Positions 17,142-20,000 of a stretch of 20,000 nt of DNA are shown one piece after another. The notes beneath the pieces were generated by a model, which was not told where the DNA came from, ran no database searches, and worked only from the letters and a program-made list of their open reading frames with translations. The first letter of the stretch is position 1. Each line of letters opens with the position of its first letter. The stretch lies in the sequence record DRR723986_4720. One strand, given 5' to 3'. Made by a program: the position numbers and the translations under genes.

Positions 17142-17177
17142 CAAGCTATACCCGGCGCCCACGGCCCCGGGCGGGAC

Positions 17178-17759
17178 TCAGCCGTGGGGTTCGGTGCCGT
17201 GGACGCCCAGGTAGTGGGAACTCAGCTTGGGTGCATCCACTTGCTCATTGATCTCATAGAGGCGCTCGTAGCGGGATTCCCGGATCAGCCAGCGCCCGTC
17301 TTCTTTCACATAGCGATCCCAGTACAGCGCGGTGCCATGGGTCTTGGCGTTGTGGTTCAGGATCCACATATTATCGGCCAGATACCAGACCCCGGTGGCC
17401 TCGGTCTCGCTGAGCATGCGGATTTCCGGCTGGTGGCCGTTGTGGTGGCCGATGGAGGCCTTGTTGAAGGAATAGCCGATATTGGCGAGGTAGTCCTTCC
17501 GTCCCTGGACCTTCCACTCGTAGGTCCCGCCGATGAAATGCACGGTCACGTCCTCGTGGAACAGGGTGCCGAGCTCGTCCAGGTTCGCGGTGTCGATGCA
17601 GCGGAAGTAGGCATGCTTGAGCTGTTTGATGGCTTCGATGTCCATGAGCATCTGCACATCGCGGCGCAGCTCCTCGATGCCGCCTTGTGACACCTCCAGC
17701 GGCAGTCCCTTATCGATGCCCAGGACGGATCGGGTGAGTTTCTGGCGGGTATCTGACAT
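17178..17759 (-). CDS. SnoaL-like/NTF2-fold protein, BaiE/LinA/scytalone-dehydratase-like
   Basis: DIEAIKQLKHAYFRCID, HHNGHQPEI, ATGVWYLAD, GTALYWDRYVKEDGRWLI and YERLYE. AGGAG RBS. Confidence 0.88.
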   Translation of the reverse strand: MSDTRQKLTRSVLGIDKGLPLEVSQGGIEELRRDVQMLMDIEAIKQLKHAYFRCIDTANLDELGTLFHEDVTVHFIGGTYEWKVQGRKDYLANIGYSFNKASIGHHNGHQPEIRMLSETEATGVWYLADNMWILNHNAKTHGTALYWDRYVKEDGRWLIRESRYERLYEINEQVDAPKLSSHYLGVHGTEPHG

Positions 17760-17877
17760 CGGGCAATCTCCTGCTAACGGGGCAGCCCAGTTTACGACCT
17801 GCAGGAGGCGCAGCGGAAGGCGCGGCCGGGTGAAACCGGGTCAGATAATTAGGCCAGCCCGACGCAACCGCCTGCGA

Positions 17878-19248
17878 TTAGCGCCTGCGGTGGTTCTCTG
17901 CGAACCGGATCACCACTTCCCCGATACCCAGGGTTACCGTCACACCAATCAGCACGGGCAGTTGCCAGCCGCTGCCCGGGGTGTAAATGAAGAGCAGGAT
18001 GGAGAGGACGAGAATCGCCATGCAGACGTAGGCGCACAGGCGGGCGGTCGCCAGCGTGCCCGGTACCCGGTAGGGGCGTGGGTGGTCGGCGTCGGTAACG
18101 CGCATGTGCACAAAGGCCAGCAGCATACCCTGGTAGGGCAGAAGGAAGATCGCCGCGCTGAATGCGAACAGGTTCCAGAACAGGTCTTCATTGGAACCTG
18201 CCAGGAAGCCGTACATCACCAGTACGACGGTGCTGATGAGCCCCATCAGTACTGCCGCGCCGATGGGCGTCCCCAGGGATTTGCTTTCCAGCGCAAAAAT
18301 ACGCGGCAGTTCGCCCTCCATGGCGGCTTCGGCGGCAGCGCGGTTACATCCCAGGGCCCAGGTCACGCCGTTGGAGAAGAAGGTGTAAAGAGCGCCGATG
18401 CCCAGCACCAGCACCAGCGCATCACCCGCCGGTGAGCCGTTGAAGAACAGCCGCAGGGTGTCGATCAGGCCTTCCACCAGATTGATGTCCCCGGCCGGTA
18501 TGGCGGCGAGCACGGCGACGGTGCCGAGCAGGTAGAGCACGATGATAATCAGGCCGGAAATCAGGATGGAGCGCGGTACGTCGCGGGCCGGGTCGCGCAT
18601 TTCCTCACTGCCGGCGCTGACCAGCTCGAAGCCCAGCATGCCGTAGATGATGGCGGGAATGTATTGCAGGCTGTTACTCCAGTCAGGCTTGAGCGTCTCC
18701 AGGCTTAGCGGGTTGGCCATCCCGTTATCACCGATGTAGGCGTAGGCCCCGCCGATGATGGCGAGGAAAATGATCACCTTGAAAATAGCGCCCAGGTTGG
18801 GAATCCACTTGCCGATATCCAGGGCCACCACGTTCACCAGCACCGCCAGCCAGGTCAGGATGATCCCGATGCCGATCTGCCAGGCGAGGCTCAGCTCGGG
18901 GAAAAACAGCTGTTTGAAGACGGCGGCGAACAGGATGAAAATCGCCGGCATCCACACGGCGGTGTTTACCCAGTAGCACCAGGTCGCCCGGGATGCCCAG
19001 CGGCCCCCGAAAGCGTCCCGTATCCAGGCATAAATCCCGCCTTGTTCCGGGTAGGCGCAGCCCATCTCCGCGCAGATGAGCGCAAAGGGGATGAAAAAGA
19101 TTATGCCGAGGAACAGCCACCAGAAGATGCTGGGTGCGCCTACCGATGCGGCAGCGGTCAGCGTATCGAGCAACAGGATGGCCGATACGGTAAACAGCAC
19201 CATATCGCGCTGGCGCAGGGTTTTGCGGTGGACGATCTGCTCAGCCAT
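17878..19248 (-). CDS. APC family amino acid/polyamine permease (456 aa)
   Basis: About 12 TM segments, AEMGCAYPEQGGIYAWIRDAFG, GFELVSAGSEEMRDPARDVPR and RPYRVPG. True start ATG 19248 (MAEQIVHRKTL). The ORF extension to 19884 crosses a terminator and the aminotransferase. Confidence 0.92.
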   Translation of the reverse strand: MAEQIVHRKTLRQRDMVLFTVSAILLLDTLTAAASVGAPSIFWWLFLGIIFFIPFALICAEMGCAYPEQGGIYAWIRDAFGGRWASRATWCYWVNTAVWMPAIFILFAAVFKQLFFPELSLAWQIGIGIILTWLAVLVNVVALDIGKWIPNLGAIFKVIIFLAIIGGAYAYIGDNGMANPLSLETLKPDWSNSLQYIPAIIYGMLGFELVSAGSEEMRDPARDVPRSILISGLIIIVLYLLGTVAVLAAIPAGDINLVEGLIDTLRLFFNGSPAGDALVLVLGIGALYTFFSNGVTWALGCNRAAAEAAMEGELPRIFALESKSLGTPIGAAVLMGLISTVVLVMYGFLAGSNEDLFWNLFAFSAAIFLLPYQGMLLAFVHMRVTDADHPRPYRVPGTLATARLCAYVCMAILVLSILLFIYTPGSGWQLPVLIGVTVTLGIGEVVIRFAENHRRR

Positions 19249-19261
19249 GCCTGTTGATCCT

Positions 19262-19288
19262 AAAAAAAAGCCCGGCGCTTGGCCGGGC
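19262..19288 (-). terminator. Intrinsic (Rho-independent) terminator downstream of the aminotransferase
   Basis: Minus-strand GCCCGGC-CAAGC-GCCGGGC-TTTTTTTT: a 7-bp all-GC stem, 5-nt loop and U8 tract, 10 nt after the TAA stop. Confidence 0.85.
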
Positions 19289-19298
19289 ATAAAAGGCG

Positions 19299-20000
19299 TT
19301 ATTTCACGCCGTAGTGGCTCGCAGTCTCGTCGAGCGCGACACCCAGTTTTTCGATCAGGATGTCGATCTCGGCGGTGCTGCAGACCAGCGGTGGCGCGGT
19401 GATCATTGCGTCGCCGGTCTGCCTGACCATCAGTCCGTTGCCGTTGGCCCGGTCGCGGCAATACACCGCCCCGGCGGATTCTGGCGCCAGACGCTCCCGG
19501 CTGTTCTTGTCGCGGACCAGCTCGACCGCCGCGAACATGCCCTTGCCGCGCACCTGGCCGACGATCGGGTGATCCTCGAACTCGCGCAGGCGAGCCTGGA
19601 AATGCGGGCTGACGTTTGCCGCCGCGTGCTCGATGATGTTGGTTTCGTGGAGAATTTCCAGGGTCGCCAGGCCGGCAGCACAGGACGCGGGGTGGCCCGA
19701 GTAGGTGAGGCCGTGGGTGAACTCGCCGCCACCGGCGAGCAGGACGTCGGCGACCTTGTCGCCAACCATCACCCCGCCCAGTGGCATATAGCCATTGGTC
19801 ACGGCCTTGGCGAAGGTGATCAGGTCCGGTTTGATGCCGTAGGTTTCGCTGCCGAACCATTTGCCGGTGCGACCAAAGCCGCAAATGACCTCGTCGGCAA
19901 TCAGCAGGATGTCGCGCTCATCACAGATACGCTGGATCTCCGGCCAGTAGCTGTCCGGGGGAATGATCACGCCACCGGCGCCCTGCACCGGCTCGGCGAT
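19299..20000 (-). CDS. Class III PLP-dependent (omega) aminotransferase, SpuC-like putrescine/polyamine:pyruvate type; 3' part only
   Basis: IAEPVQGAGGVIIPP..YW, LLIADEVICGFGRTG, PLP lysine in FAKAVTNGYMPLGG, HGLTYSGHP and APPLV. The frame is open to the right edge of the window. Confidence 0.93.
   Translation of the reverse strand: MAEPVQGAGGVIIPPDSYWPEIQRICDERDILLIADEVICGFGRTGKWFGSETYGIKPDLITFAKAVTNGYMPLGGVMVGDKVADVLLAGGGEFTHGLTYSGHPASCAAGLATLEILHETNIIEHAAANVSPHFQARLREFEDHPIVGQVRGKGMFAAVELVRDKNSRERLAPESAGAVYCRDRANGNGLMVRQTGDAMITAPPLVCSTAEIDILIEKLGVALDETASHYGVK

Noticed and set aside
17151..17177. GC-rich imperfect hairpins in intergenic gaps (also about 10770-10820 and 17821-17842) as REP elements or terminators
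   Set aside because: No shared sequence among them, imperfect stems and no U-tracts; expected by chance at this GC content.
19249..19884. 212-aa N-terminal extension of the APC permease ORF, suggesting a fusion or frameshift
   Set aside because: The extension is Arg/Gly-rich off-frame sequence overlapping the aminotransferase and crossing a terminator. An ATG with an RBS exists at 19248.
1..20000. CRISPR arrays, tRNA/rRNA, IS elements, prophage or defence genes
   Set aside because: No regular direct repeats or integrase, transposase or nuclease motifs were seen, and all intergenic gaps are about 150 bp or shorter. This was by eye only; a covariance-model search would be needed to exclude small RNAs.

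Overview
A GC-rich, gene-dense bacterial chromosomal segment. The gene content suggests a marine gammaproteobacterium, possibly Halieaceae/OM60-like; this is inference. I saw no mobile element, CRISPR array or RNA gene. From left to right: (i) a lipid/ester catabolic block on the minus strand (membrane-anchored Cys-type sulfatase, HSL-family esterase, FadD8-like acyl-CoA ligase, and a DUF3604-like metallohydrolase lipoprotein that the ORF track missed), divergent from a second acyl-CoA ligase; (ii) a small FHA-domain protein with a degenerate phosphothreonine site; (iii) a YbhG/YbhF/YbhR-like ABC-2 efflux operon; (iv) an atypical citrate-synthase homologue (catalytic Asp replaced by Glu), divergent from a LysR regulator with two clear LysR boxes and followed by a divergent GlpD-like flavoprotein; (v) a DUF3302 + HlyD-family pair; (vi) a DUF2878 + chalcone-isomerase-like pair with a candidate RpoE/ChrR-type promoter; (vii) a BaiE-like SnoaL/NTF2 dehydratase; (viii) an APC permease and a class III (SpuC-like) aminotransferase separated by an intrinsic terminator. 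The best candidates for an undescribed system are the Glu-type citrate synthase/LysR/GlpD-like module and the sulfatase-esterase-ligase-DUF3604 block. All family assignments come from recalled motifs, not database searches.
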